Positions 31,201-39,659 of a stretch of DNA of 64,000 nt are shown here, in pieces. Origin of the DNA: an uncultured Lachnospiraceae bacterium. GTDB lineage: Bacteria; Bacillota; Clostridia; Lachnospirales; Lachnospiraceae. A program made the translations under genes and the position numbers. The notes under the pieces are model-generated. The model had not been told where the DNA came from. It made no database searches and saw nothing but the letters and a program-made list of their open reading frames with translations. Every line of letters begins with the position of its first letter. The stretch's first letter is position 1. The stretch spans positions 93,135 to 157,134 of the forward strand of contig CAJUEY010000001.1 in assembly GCA_910585825.1 (NCBI GenBank). Direction: 5' to 3'.

Positions 31201-32176
31201 AAGCGATATCATACCCGGTTATCAGGCGGTAAGCGCCATAACATCGGGAAAACAGTATCTGATTTCCTATATCTGGAATGACAGCGTATTTGTGCTGTAT
31301 CCGGAAAACGGCATGGCCAATTCCACAAAACTTGTAAATCCGGCGGAGAAAGGTTTCCGGATTACGGCAAAAGCTGCGGGTGAAGCCAGCTTTGTGATAG
31401 ATGACATAACGTATCATTTTACAGTGACGGATACTGAGGTGGAAAATGCAAAGAAAGATCTGGAAGCGCTGCTTGACCAGATGAAAACGGAATATGAGTC
31501 GAATGCGGCGGATCTGTCAACGTGGAAAGCGTTTCAGGAAGCGTATGCGGCGGCACAGGCATATATCGCGAATACAGAAACAGTGGAACTTGGAAAGCTG
31601 CAGGAACTGTTCAAGAACTTAAAGGAATCCCAGATGCAGTTGGCAGCAGAAAAGGACCTGAAAAATAAGCAGGAAAAACCGGAGGCTGTTAAAAAAGGCG
31701 ACAGCCAGGTTGTGGACGGAGTTTCTTATATTGTGACGGATACGGTGAAAAAGACAGCTGCAGTGACCGGCGGTTCGGCGGCGACAATGACAATCCGCGC
31801 TGCCGTGACATTTGGAAAAGACACATATACCGTTACCGCGATTCAAGACAAAGCCTTTGCATCTTCCTCGGCGCTTAAGAAAATAACCATCGGTGATTCG
31901 GTGGAAAGCATTGGCGCTCAGGCATTTGCCGGATGCAAAACTTTGAAAACGGTGGTGATTGGAAAAGATGTAAAAACAATCGGGAAGAAAGCCTTTTATA
32001 ATTGCAAGAAACTTTCCAAGGTTACGGTAAAGAATAATTCAAAGTTAAGTAAAGTCGGCGGTTCGGCATTCAAGAAAACAGCAAAGAACATTAAGATTAA
32101 GCTGCCGAAGAATTTAAAGAAGAATAAGAAAGTGAAGAAACAATTAAAGAAAGCGGGCTTGAAAAAAGGTCTGTAG
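28292..32176 (+). CDS. Secreted GH33 exo-sialidase-like protein with two repeated modules and a C-terminal BspA-type LRR/basic tail
   Basis: Signal peptide; FRIP (28538-28549); Asp boxes SSDGGQTW, SKDGGRTW, TKDGETW; LRMFYR, SRLNG, FVYS; IGKKAFYNC LRRs. Confidence 0.85.
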   Translation: MNLKKTGQLWKKGIGIGLSISMFMSVAPAEAVSAAEYPASVPVLSEKVKSIPEARKAGSIPASEDTLTYEQPFAPFTAGNENFRIPTLISLRNSGEEGEHLFASADARWEEWNDGGGIDSIASVSSDGGQTWNYSFPIYFPDSYGYASRAATTVIDPGAIEGPDGTIYFIADVNPTGSTTMYGTVGQGTGYVTVNGKRRLALTDDYTKVKTRPTDTNLTDYPYYVDDFNEEGYAEILKRSDGASTGFGVDEWYNIYSMEDGVYKDNLTQPQVNRAEVEVQQNCFYKDSKFHVYHIDYIWVVQSKDGGRTWEHPRDITDQIKREDEYAILVSPGKGIVTKDGEIAIGLYSAQNGEHASMIYTKDGETWERTADIADGSSEDEIVELEDGTLRMFYRGGGNEIRYVDFTKNEQGGYDVGTYVGTGVSVKSSINVSAVLYSEKINGKQAILVARSGGGGGLTSDSRLNGKIFTFLVDDEQDGNPMELYHTFEVPGGKDGFVYSCMTEMKDGRIAMLWEPNHSTLYFDIYDFNELTADCEDVELKIGEEPYTTIYIEEPKDSDCGDETVIQMEKEIKEGGFLRDHITNREADLSSFSTHLNEEIQIQDAEFTFQQTNTAGSWNIYNESTGLYIQNSDANDMFTTDEYSMTVTEVSADDGTKTFKIKNGSRPVFFFEKNMDFNSQGSSAGDAENLVLFEKKDSQGENDLIPGYARASEIKAGGKYLITYIWKDGSIIVLYPANGSTEAHTKLAAVDPSILIITGIKAGSTVAVVDGKTYKIAVTDPREFIALEKGDTYVIPTESTEAVLDGGDALEIEKIDRIREGLFDHVADAAFSLEGFSKEANEEIGLSDAEFTFQASGDNWIVSHGDLYLSNPERANAFFSETSAAIKATAGNGNTFRLSRGEALKDTSNGSINTDKTGQPIGNLVFYYREMNFRSYGTETKEGTTHGASPYGQHGTYNLTLLEKQDGESESDIIPGYQAVSAITSGKQYLISYIWNDSVFVLYPENGMANSTKLVNPAEKGFRITAKAAGEASFVIDDITYHFTVTDTEVENAKKDLEALLDQMKTEYESNAADLSTWKAFQEAYAAAQAYIANTETVELGKLQELFKNLKESQMQLAAEKDLKNKQEKPEAVKKGDSQVVDGVSYIVTDTVKKTAAVTGGSAATMTIRAAVTFGKDTYTVTAIQDKAFASSSALKKITIGDSVESIGAQAFAGCKTLKTVVIGKDVKTIGKKAFYNCKKLSKVTVKNNSKLSKVGGSAFKKTAKNIKIKLPKNLKKNKKVKKQLKKAGLKKGL

Positions 32177-32184
32177 AAATGACG

Positions 32185-32223
32185 AAAATCCTCTGGAACG
32201 CTATATGGTTTCAGAGGATTTTT
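32185..32223 (+). terminator. Terminator after sialidase 1
   Basis: AAAATCCTCTGGAAC..GTTTCAGAGGATTTT. Confidence 0.75.
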
Positions 32224-32224
32224 G

Positions 32225-32368
32225 GTTACTGTTTACTTCTGGACCGTGCACTGCGCTGCACGGTCACAGGCCAGTACAGTACTGGGGCCGGAATCCGGCC
32301 TCTTGCCGTAAGGCGGCTTTAAATAGGCCGGATTCGTTACTGTGAACATCATGGGTGTGAACAGTAAC
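32225..32368. repeat. 144-bp structured REP/MITE-like element with 12-bp terminal inverted repeats
   Basis: GTTACTGTTTAC ... GTGAACAGTAAC (11 of 12 complementary) enclosing several GC-rich hairpins. Confidence 0.6.
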
Positions 32369-32406
32369 GGTTTTTGAGATTAATATGGAATCTGTAGGAA
32401 AAATAC

Positions 32407-32435
32407 TTGATTTACCATTTTTTTTGATGTATAAT
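32407..32435 (+). promoter_or_regulatory. Sigma-A promoter of sialidase-like gene 2
   Basis: TTGATT-N17-TATAAT; the spacer contains a T8 run. Confidence 0.65.
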
Positions 32436-32700
32436 CATGCTTGTATAAATAATTTCATTTCTCAATTTAAATGTCGCAAAAGGTACACATTTTGAGAGAG
32501 TGAAAACTAATGAAAAATGAAAAATTTATTTTTACAAAAAAAGCCATTCTACAGGACAAATCCCATAAAATGGCTAAAAAAAGACAGATTCGAAAATCTG
32601 TCAATTTGTGTTTGAATTTGAAGTTTTTAGTTTTTAGTCATTCTCATTACGTGTGCTTTTTGCGACAATACATCTGAGGAAAAGAGGAGGTAAAGAAATA

Positions 32701-35700
32701 ATGAAGCAGAAAGTTGCAGCAAAACTGTGGAAACGTGTATTAAGTACAGGGCTTTCACTGGCTATGGCAGTCACATTGCTTCCGCCTGTCGAAGTCCGGG
32801 CTGTGGAGGGCGAATCGACAGTTCTCAAGGCGGGAAGCATCGATGTATCGAGCGATAAGCTGATCAAGAATCAGCCCTTTGCTTCCATAACAGGAAGTGA
32901 AAAATTCAGTTCTCCGGTTCTTGCGACCAGAAAAGTGGTCAAGAGAGTAGGCACAGATAATATTGAAGTGAAACCAACAACGGGGATAACAACAGACCTG
33001 CTGATTGCAGCGGCAGAGGCAAAATATAATACCACAAGCGACGGCGGCGGACAGGATATCATCGCTTCCGTATCCAGCGACGGCGGAAAGACATGGAAAT
33101 ACAGCTATCCGCTTCGTTTCCCGGACAGCGCAGCCAGCGGCAATGAAGAGGCTACAACAGTCAGTGATCCGGTATTGATTGAAGAAACGAAGTATGAAGA
33201 TACAGCTGGCGGCGTGTATGTTTCCGGAGGAACAGTTTATTTATTGGCAAATGTATATCCGGGCGGCGTAGCTCCGGCAGATGGATTTACATATCCGGGA
33301 GCCGGAACAGGTTATGTGGAGATTGACGGCGCAAAATATCTGGCATTGACAGATACCTATGAGAAAGCTGCTGTAAATCCGACTGCAGAAAGTGCAGACT
33401 ATAAATATTATGTAGGAGCGTTTGCGGAGGATGGATATGCGCCGGTAAATGATATGTCGAGCAAAACGGTGGCAACAATCGACAGTAAACAATATTATGT
33501 TGACAAATGGTATAATTTGTATTCCAAAGATGGAGATGCTTATACTGAAGTAAAACAGGAGGGCGGACAGCTGGATGCCGCAGAAGGGGCAACAGACGAA
33601 CTGCAGCAGAACGTCTTTTACAAAGGTTCTATGCTGCATGTATACAATACAAGTTATATTATGTGTGTAACTTCTGCCAATACAGCGGATGCCGAGGAAG
33701 GCGAAGTCTGGAGCGCTCCGGAAATCCTTAATCCTCAGTTGGAGCAAGGTGAGGATGAACTTCTCTCTTTGTGTTCCGGAAAAGGTCTGGTAACTACCGC
33801 AGGCAGATTTGCAGTGCCGGTATATATCAAAAAAGCAACGGAAGATACGACGCTTGAAGAGGCAGAAGAAACAGCCGGCATGATCTGGAAATACAATGAT
33901 TGTGAGCATGGCGAGGCGGGAATGCCGTGGGCGCATCGTGCTGACGTTCCGGCGTTTACAGATGCAGAAACGCAGACAGAGGAGCCGAACTGGATGAAGG
34001 GCGGCGAAATCGTTGAATTGAGCAGAGGACAGCTTCGTATGTTCATTCGCCACGGAAGAGGCAATATCTATTATGCAGATGCGGGAAGAAGCTTGACTTC
34101 AGACGAACCCGGAGGAGAGAGCAGCCGTGTTGACCGTGCAAGCGTGGATATGTTTACATTTAACGAGCCTGTTCAGACGGGCAGTTCTATTACAAGGGAC
34201 GCTAAAGTGAGTGCATTGGAATATTCCAAAGCTGTAAATCCGAGCAGCAATACTGCAAGTAAGGCTATTTTGACAGCAATGCCTACCGGAACCGGTCATA
34301 CAAACGGTATGTTTGTAATGTTTGGAAGAGATGCCGATAGTGATGTGAAAAATCCGACAATGTCCCGGATTCAGAGTCATGTTCTGAGTAACGGAAACTT
34401 TGCTTCTGCCACCATGGATGAAATGAACTATGGAAGCAATATTGGTCTTGTATGGGAGAACGGCAGAGGAACGGTCAGATTTGAGAATTTCTATATGCTG
34501 GATCTTCTGGCGAATAGTGCAGGAAACACTGCGGATAACCTGTATGTGAAAGGTTTGGAATATGATCTGGAACTTCGTCCGAATGGGGATGCATATACAA
34601 GAAGTTATAATGTAACGGGACAGGAGAACATGGAGCCGTCCGACAGAGATTGGACCGCAGCGGGAAATGACAATTTTGAAGTTTCTTTTAATGCGGGAGA
34701 TGCAACGACAAAAGAAGTGCCTGCATTATATTCAATTAAAGGTGGCGACGTTACAAATGCGAAACTGTCAGATGTATTTAACAATACGCCGGATACAGCC
34801 GTAGACATTGAGAATGCGGAATTTACATTCACAAGACCGTCAAATACGGATGAGTTGAAAAATGTTTATACTGTTTACAGCGCTACGGCAGAACGGTATC
34901 TGACAAATTATACCACCGCTAATACATTCTTTTCAACAACGCTCCGAAATAATATGCGGTTTGTCTATGATGCGACCAGAAAGGCTTTCTTGGTTAGCAA
35001 ACCGGTAACAAACGGCAGTAATCCTGCTACTGACGGAACAAGGTATTTGATTTTTAACACATATGGCTATACGTTCAATTCAAACGAGCGTTCGGGGGCA
35101 GATACCGGTCAATATAAGTATGGTCTTCAGCTTTTAAGGAAACTGACCAGTGACGAGGCTGCAGAGCTTGGCGAGGAGAATGTAATCAATTTGGGACCTG
35201 CAGATAGTGATGATTACAAATATACCAAGATAACAAGTGGTGAGGGTATTGAAGACGGAAGAAAATATTTGATCGCATATGAAGTTCCGGCAAATACAGA
35301 GGATACTGCTTTTGCCGACGGAGGATATGTCATTCTTTATCCACGCAATAATTTTTCCAATTATGGCAAGCTGGTATACGGCACACGTACAGCGCCGGTT
35401 GCCGCTGCAAAAACACTTACAATTACACCGAAAGCGGCAACTACAGATCCGGTTGATTTGACAGTAAATAATATTACTTATCATATTACCGTGAAACACG
35501 AGACGATTACAGTGCCAAAGGGCGGAAGTACCTTTATTGACAATGTAGATCTGGATGATGTTAATCTTGGCTCTACGTCTCTTGTAACGAAACTGGAAGC
35601 GACAGAAAGCAGAAAAGCCTTGTTTGACTGTATGAGAGAAGCAAATAACAGCCTGAGCGGATATTCTACGACTCCGAACTGGGAGGCAAATGTAGCCAAT

Positions 35701-37689
35701 GCAGAGTTTGTCATAACAGAGGCGGGAACAGGTGATGATGGCCTTAAGCTTTATCATATATTCAGTGAGCTGGAAGGAAATTATCTGGTTAATACGAATG
35801 CCGGCTCTTATTTTGACACAACACCTGCTACACAGACATTAACCTTGACAGACGAGAATGCTGATCCGGAGAATGCAAGCTTTGAAATCCGCCGTCGCGC
35901 TACGGTTGGTAATAACAGATATGTGTATTTCTTCTACCAAAGAATGGCATTTGATGCTGTAAGTGAAAAAGGCAATTATGGAAGCAGTGGAGATTTTGGA
36001 TTTGAATTCCTGAAGAAGAGAACCGACGGTATTGAAGATATGTCAGATCCGATTCCGGGCTATCAGCGTGTAAACAAAATTGAATCAGGTGAAAGCTATT
36101 TAATCACAGAGTATTACAAAGAGACCACAGGTGAGGAGAGAGACGTTATCATCGTGCTTTATCCGAGAAACGGTATTACGAATCAGTCCAAGATGTATAC
36201 GACAACGGAAGTGCCCGGCGTAAGGCTTACAGCTTCGGCAAATGCGGAGACAGGGAATACGGCGGAGATTACGATTGGCGGAACGACATATATTGTAGAA
36301 ATCGAAGGAACCTGTGATCACAATTATCCGAAGACAGTGACTTCTGTTGAAGCTACTTGTAAGAAACCGGGAACTACCGGGGACGTTATCTGTTCTAACT
36401 GCCGTGAAGTATTGGAGGAAGGCACTCCGACGCCTGTAAAGGATCATACGTGGACAGATAACTGGACGACAACAGATCCGGTGATTGACAGAACAAACAA
36501 AACCGTAACGGACGGTGCAAGAACCCGTACATGCAGCGGCGGCGAGGAAACCGAGACAGAAGTCATCAGCGGAGAAGCGTATCTTCTGAAAACAATCGGT
36601 GAAAAGATCGCACAGGCAGAAACGGAAAAATCAAAGACAGACGACTATGCAGCGGAAACCATCAAAGCGTTAGAGGATGCGATTGCAGCGGCAACTGATG
36701 CTGTGTCAGGTCAGACGCCTGCAGACGTGGCTGGCAAGATTGATGCGCTGATCGCTTTGGAAAGCGCATTAGATCCGGACAACATGGTGTCACAGGATGA
36801 TTATGACAGCAGAAAAGATACGCTGGACGGCCTGCTCACTGAGGCGGGAAATAAAGTAAGTCAGACAGATGTTTACACGGAAGAGTCTCTGGCTGCTTTA
36901 CAGGCTGTTTTGGATGAGATTGGTGAAAATTTAAGCTATACGGAAATGCAGCAAGCGATTGATGATCTGACAGCGGCGCTTGACAGCTTAATAACCCTGG
37001 ATGAAAAGACATGTGAAGAAATGCTGCCGTCTCTGAAAGAGGCGCTTGCATCAAAGGAACAAATTGCAGCGGGCGGACAGAAAAATTACACTGACGAATC
37101 CTGGAAGAAATTCATCAACGCTTATAATACACTGAACGGCAAGACAGATGAAGAATTGATTGCAATGGGATCGGTGGAACTCACAAGACTTCTGAATGAT
37201 TTAAATACAAAATTGGAAGAAAAAGGAACAACGCCGCCTCCTTCTGAAAGCAAAATAAAGGTAAATACAGATTATACGGTAAGCGGTGTGGTTTATACGG
37301 TAACAGATGCCGTGAAGAATGAAGTTGTGTTGAAAAAAGGCGCAAATGCGAAGAAATTTACAGTTCCGGCAACCGTATCTATCAATAGCGTAACCTGTAA
37401 AGTCGTTGGAATCGGCGATAGTGCATTCAGCGGATACAAAAAGCTGAAAAATGTGATTATCGGAGAAAATGTAACTTCAATTGGAGCAAAAGCATTCTTC
37501 AAATGTACGAAATTAAGCAAAGTCACGATGAATGGAGCGAAAGCGCCGGCGATTAAGAAGGCGGCATTTAAAAAGACGGCCTCTAAAGTGACGGTAAAAG
37601 CAAAGAAATTGAATAAGAAACAGAAGAAAGCTTTCCTGAAAGTCCTGAAAAAGACCGGCAAGATCAGTAAAAAGTCCGTAGTAAAATAG
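32701..37689 (+). CDS. Secreted GH33-fold paralogue with degenerate active site, repeated modules, helical FIVAR-like repeats and LRR/basic tail
   Basis: Collinear with 28292..32176 (DGGGQDIIASVSSDGGKTWKYSYP, QQNVFYK, EIVEL, LRMFIR) but FRIP is FSSP; RBS GAGGAGG. Confidence 0.8.
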   Translation: MKQKVAAKLWKRVLSTGLSLAMAVTLLPPVEVRAVEGESTVLKAGSIDVSSDKLIKNQPFASITGSEKFSSPVLATRKVVKRVGTDNIEVKPTTGITTDLLIAAAEAKYNTTSDGGGQDIIASVSSDGGKTWKYSYPLRFPDSAASGNEEATTVSDPVLIEETKYEDTAGGVYVSGGTVYLLANVYPGGVAPADGFTYPGAGTGYVEIDGAKYLALTDTYEKAAVNPTAESADYKYYVGAFAEDGYAPVNDMSSKTVATIDSKQYYVDKWYNLYSKDGDAYTEVKQEGGQLDAAEGATDELQQNVFYKGSMLHVYNTSYIMCVTSANTADAEEGEVWSAPEILNPQLEQGEDELLSLCSGKGLVTTAGRFAVPVYIKKATEDTTLEEAEETAGMIWKYNDCEHGEAGMPWAHRADVPAFTDAETQTEEPNWMKGGEIVELSRGQLRMFIRHGRGNIYYADAGRSLTSDEPGGESSRVDRASVDMFTFNEPVQTGSSITRDAKVSALEYSKAVNPSSNTASKAILTAMPTGTGHTNGMFVMFGRDADSDVKNPTMSRIQSHVLSNGNFASATMDEMNYGSNIGLVWENGRGTVRFENFYMLDLLANSAGNTADNLYVKGLEYDLELRPNGDAYTRSYNVTGQENMEPSDRDWTAAGNDNFEVSFNAGDATTKEVPALYSIKGGDVTNAKLSDVFNNTPDTAVDIENAEFTFTRPSNTDELKNVYTVYSATAERYLTNYTTANTFFSTTLRNNMRFVYDATRKAFLVSKPVTNGSNPATDGTRYLIFNTYGYTFNSNERSGADTGQYKYGLQLLRKLTSDEAAELGEENVINLGPADSDDYKYTKITSGEGIEDGRKYLIAYEVPANTEDTAFADGGYVILYPRNNFSNYGKLVYGTRTAPVAAAKTLTITPKAATTDPVDLTVNNITYHITVKHETITVPKGGSTFIDNVDLDDVNLGSTSLVTKLEATESRKALFDCMREANNSLSGYSTTPNWEANVANAEFVITEAGTGDDGLKLYHIFSELEGNYLVNTNAGSYFDTTPATQTLTLTDENADPENASFEIRRRATVGNNRYVYFFYQRMAFDAVSEKGNYGSSGDFGFEFLKKRTDGIEDMSDPIPGYQRVNKIESGESYLITEYYKETTGEERDVIIVLYPRNGITNQSKMYTTTEVPGVRLTASANAETGNTAEITIGGTTYIVEIEGTCDHNYPKTVTSVEATCKKPGTTGDVICSNCREVLEEGTPTPVKDHTWTDNWTTTDPVIDRTNKTVTDGARTRTCSGGEETETEVISGEAYLLKTIGEKIAQAETEKSKTDDYAAETIKALEDAIAAATDAVSGQTPADVAGKIDALIALESALDPDNMVSQDDYDSRKDTLDGLLTEAGNKVSQTDVYTEESLAALQAVLDEIGENLSYTEMQQAIDDLTAALDSLITLDEKTCEEMLPSLKEALASKEQIAAGGQKNYTDESWKKFINAYNTLNGKTDEELIAMGSVELTRLLNDLNTKLEEKGTTPPPSESKIKVNTDYTVSGVVYTVTDAVKNEVVLKKGANAKKFTVPATVSINSVTCKVVGIGDSAFSGYKKLKNVIIGENVTSIGAKAFFKCTKLSKVTMNGAKAPAIKKAAFKKTASKVTVKAKKLNKKQKKAFLKVLKKTGKISKKSVVK

Positions 37690-37744
37690 GATTGAACGGA
37701 TAGCGCCAATATAGCATATAGTGCAATAATGCCTGGAAGGCAAC

Positions 37745-37948
37745 GTGAAATGGAGCTGTCGTTTTAACGATTAAAAAATCGTGAAGCGGCAGCTTCATTT
37801 TCACTGTTTTGAAGGCAAGATCTCTGAAATAGACCTGCCTTTTTACATACGTTAATTTTACACCAGCTGCCGGATTCTTTGGAGGTCTGGCAGTTGTTTT
37901 TTGTACAAAAAGGAGCTGCGCACTAATTGCTTAGTGCGACAGCCCCTT
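37745..37948. terminator. Series of four hairpins between convergent genes
   Basis: Stems at about 37745-37804, 37812-37841, 37864-37896 (each with T-rich 3' side) and 37908-37948 (T tract on the minus strand). Confidence 0.55.
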
Positions 37949-38125
37949 ATATATTTATTTTGCTTGTGCAATTGAGAATAAAGCGTCTTGTAAAATTTAG
38001 AGAAATTGATATCTCCGTCCTGCTGCTATTGTATAGACGGTTTTGGATTTTGCTGGATTTCCATGTCTGCCGTGTATATGGCGATATATCTGCCCAGCCA
38101 TATGCGTAAGCTGATGCAGAATCAT

Positions 38126-39208
38126 TTACAAAAGCGCCTGAATGCGCAGATCCGGCGTTTTGGAAAGATCGATCGTACCGGTGGCAACCCCTACAATGGG
38201 CCTGGAAAGAAACTGTTTGTTCAGCATGATAATATTTGCCTTTCTTCCGTCTGTAAGCATAACGCGGTTGTTCTGGTAAGTATAGGCAATGCGTTCTAAG
38301 AAGGTCAGAATAAACTTTGGATTGTATTTCTGAAGGCCTTCCAGTTCAAAATCCGCAATGACCTGGAAAGGACACAACGGAGCGCGGTAAGATCTTGCGG
38401 CGGTCATCGCGTCATATACGTCTGCAATGGCAATGATCTGTGAACAATCATCAATGTCATGAAATTTCATGCCGTTGGGATATCCGTGTCCGTCACAGCG
38501 TTCGTGATGCATCAGGGCGGCGTTTTTAATTCTTGGATCTAACTGCTCAAACGGAAGCAGAAGTTCATATCCGAAAGAAGGGTGCCTGCGGACAAGATCG
38601 AATTCCTCGTCAGTGTATCTGCCGGGTTTATTTAAAATTTCGGCGGGGATTTTCGTCTTCCCGATATCATGCAGCAATGCGGCGGCTGTCAGGATGGTCA
38701 GATTGTCGTCGGATAATTTCAGCCATCGGCCCAGCATATTTGAAATTAATGCAACGTTTATGGAATGCGCATAAATGCTGTCATCGTTGGTGCGCATATT
38801 ATGTAGAAAATCAAACAACTCAATGGAAGAAGTCGTTTTGGCCAGTAAAGGCTCTATAATCCGGCATAAGAGATCCGGCTGAGGTTCCTTCTCCTGAGAA
38901 ATGACAGAAGAAACGGATTCTTTTAATGCATCGGCAGCAGCGGAATGCGCCGCCTTAAAATCCTGAAATTCTTTGGAGGCGGTAATCCGCTGAAAATAAG
39001 TCGGCTCCAAAGAATTGTCATTTGTATCCTCCTGGGGCTCTTCATAATCTTCAATTTCTATGTGGTTGACGTCATAGAATGCAATGCGCGCAATGGATGC
39101 ATTCGTTAAAGTGATTCCTTCATCGACAATCAACAGTCCCTTTTTGGTCATAACAGGTGAAGCAGTTATCATGCCTTCCTGTAATTGTGTAGTTTTCACA
39201 GTCTGCAT
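38126..39208 (-). CDS. HD-GYP domain phosphodiesterase (c-di-GMP)
   Basis: YAHSINVA, LLHDIGK, HHERCDGHGYP, IADVYDAM; RBS GAGGAG before ATG 39208. Confidence 0.9.
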   Translation of the reverse strand: MQTVKTTQLQEGMITASPVMTKKGLLIVDEGITLTNASIARIAFYDVNHIEIEDYEEPQEDTNDNSLEPTYFQRITASKEFQDFKAAHSAAADALKESVSSVISQEKEPQPDLLCRIIEPLLAKTTSSIELFDFLHNMRTNDDSIYAHSINVALISNMLGRWLKLSDDNLTILTAAALLHDIGKTKIPAEILNKPGRYTDEEFDLVRRHPSFGYELLLPFEQLDPRIKNAALMHHERCDGHGYPNGMKFHDIDDCSQIIAIADVYDAMTAARSYRAPLCPFQVIADFELEGLQKYNPKFILTFLERIAYTYQNNRVMLTDGRKANIIMLNKQFLSRPIVGVATGTIDLSKTPDLRIQALL

Positions 39209-39361
39209 ATTATACACTCCTCGCTTGCTTTGTAATAATAAAATGGAATTAAACGGTCTGTAATTTACTATAATTATAAAACGAAACGAAGGGTTCCGCA
39301 ACGATTTATTTTGGGAATCTGCCGCCTGTGAAAAATTGGAAGGGAAAATCTGCGAAAAAAC

Positions 39362-39390
39362 TTGACAAATGCAGAAAATGGGCGTAACGT
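39362..39390 (+). promoter_or_regulatory. Promoter of the SAM riboswitch-metK transcript
   Basis: TTGACA-N17-TAACGT. Confidence 0.5.
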
Positions 39391-39437
39391 ATTTTATGCA
39401 GAAAAGAAAACGATTTACAATTCAATCATATAGCTTT

Positions 39438-39534
39438 CCCTTATTCAGAGTGATGGAGATACATAGGATCTGTGAAGTCACGGCAACCCCTTACAGGAAG
39501 GTGCCAACCTGAGCGAGAATTCGAACAATAAGAG
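39438..39534 (+). ncRNA. SAM-I (S-box) riboswitch
   Basis: CTTATTCAGAG..GGAGA..GGCAACC..AAGGTGCCAA..AATAAG; directly upstream of metK. Confidence 0.92.
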
Positions 39535-39563
39535 GATTTGATTTTCGATTGCAAAGAATCCTG

Positions 39564-39591
39564 TCCGCTTATTTTATAAGCGGATTTTTTT
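39564..39591 (+). terminator. Riboswitch expression-platform terminator
   Basis: TCCGCTTAT-TTT-ATAAGCGGA followed by a T run. Confidence 0.8.
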
Positions 39592-39659
39592 AGCTCCTTT
39601 TAAGAAAGCAGTGTTGGATTAGGATCGGACAGACAAGTTTAGAGAGGAGAACTGAATAA

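Noticed and set aside
32460..32520. c-di-GMP-I riboswitch suggested by GTCGCAAA
   Set aside because: Lacks the GAAA-capped P2 stem and the downstream P3 consensus
37950..38125. 42-codon minus-strand ORF starting immediately after the HD-GYP stop (TAAATG)
   Set aside because: No RBS and no recognisable protein features; likely chance
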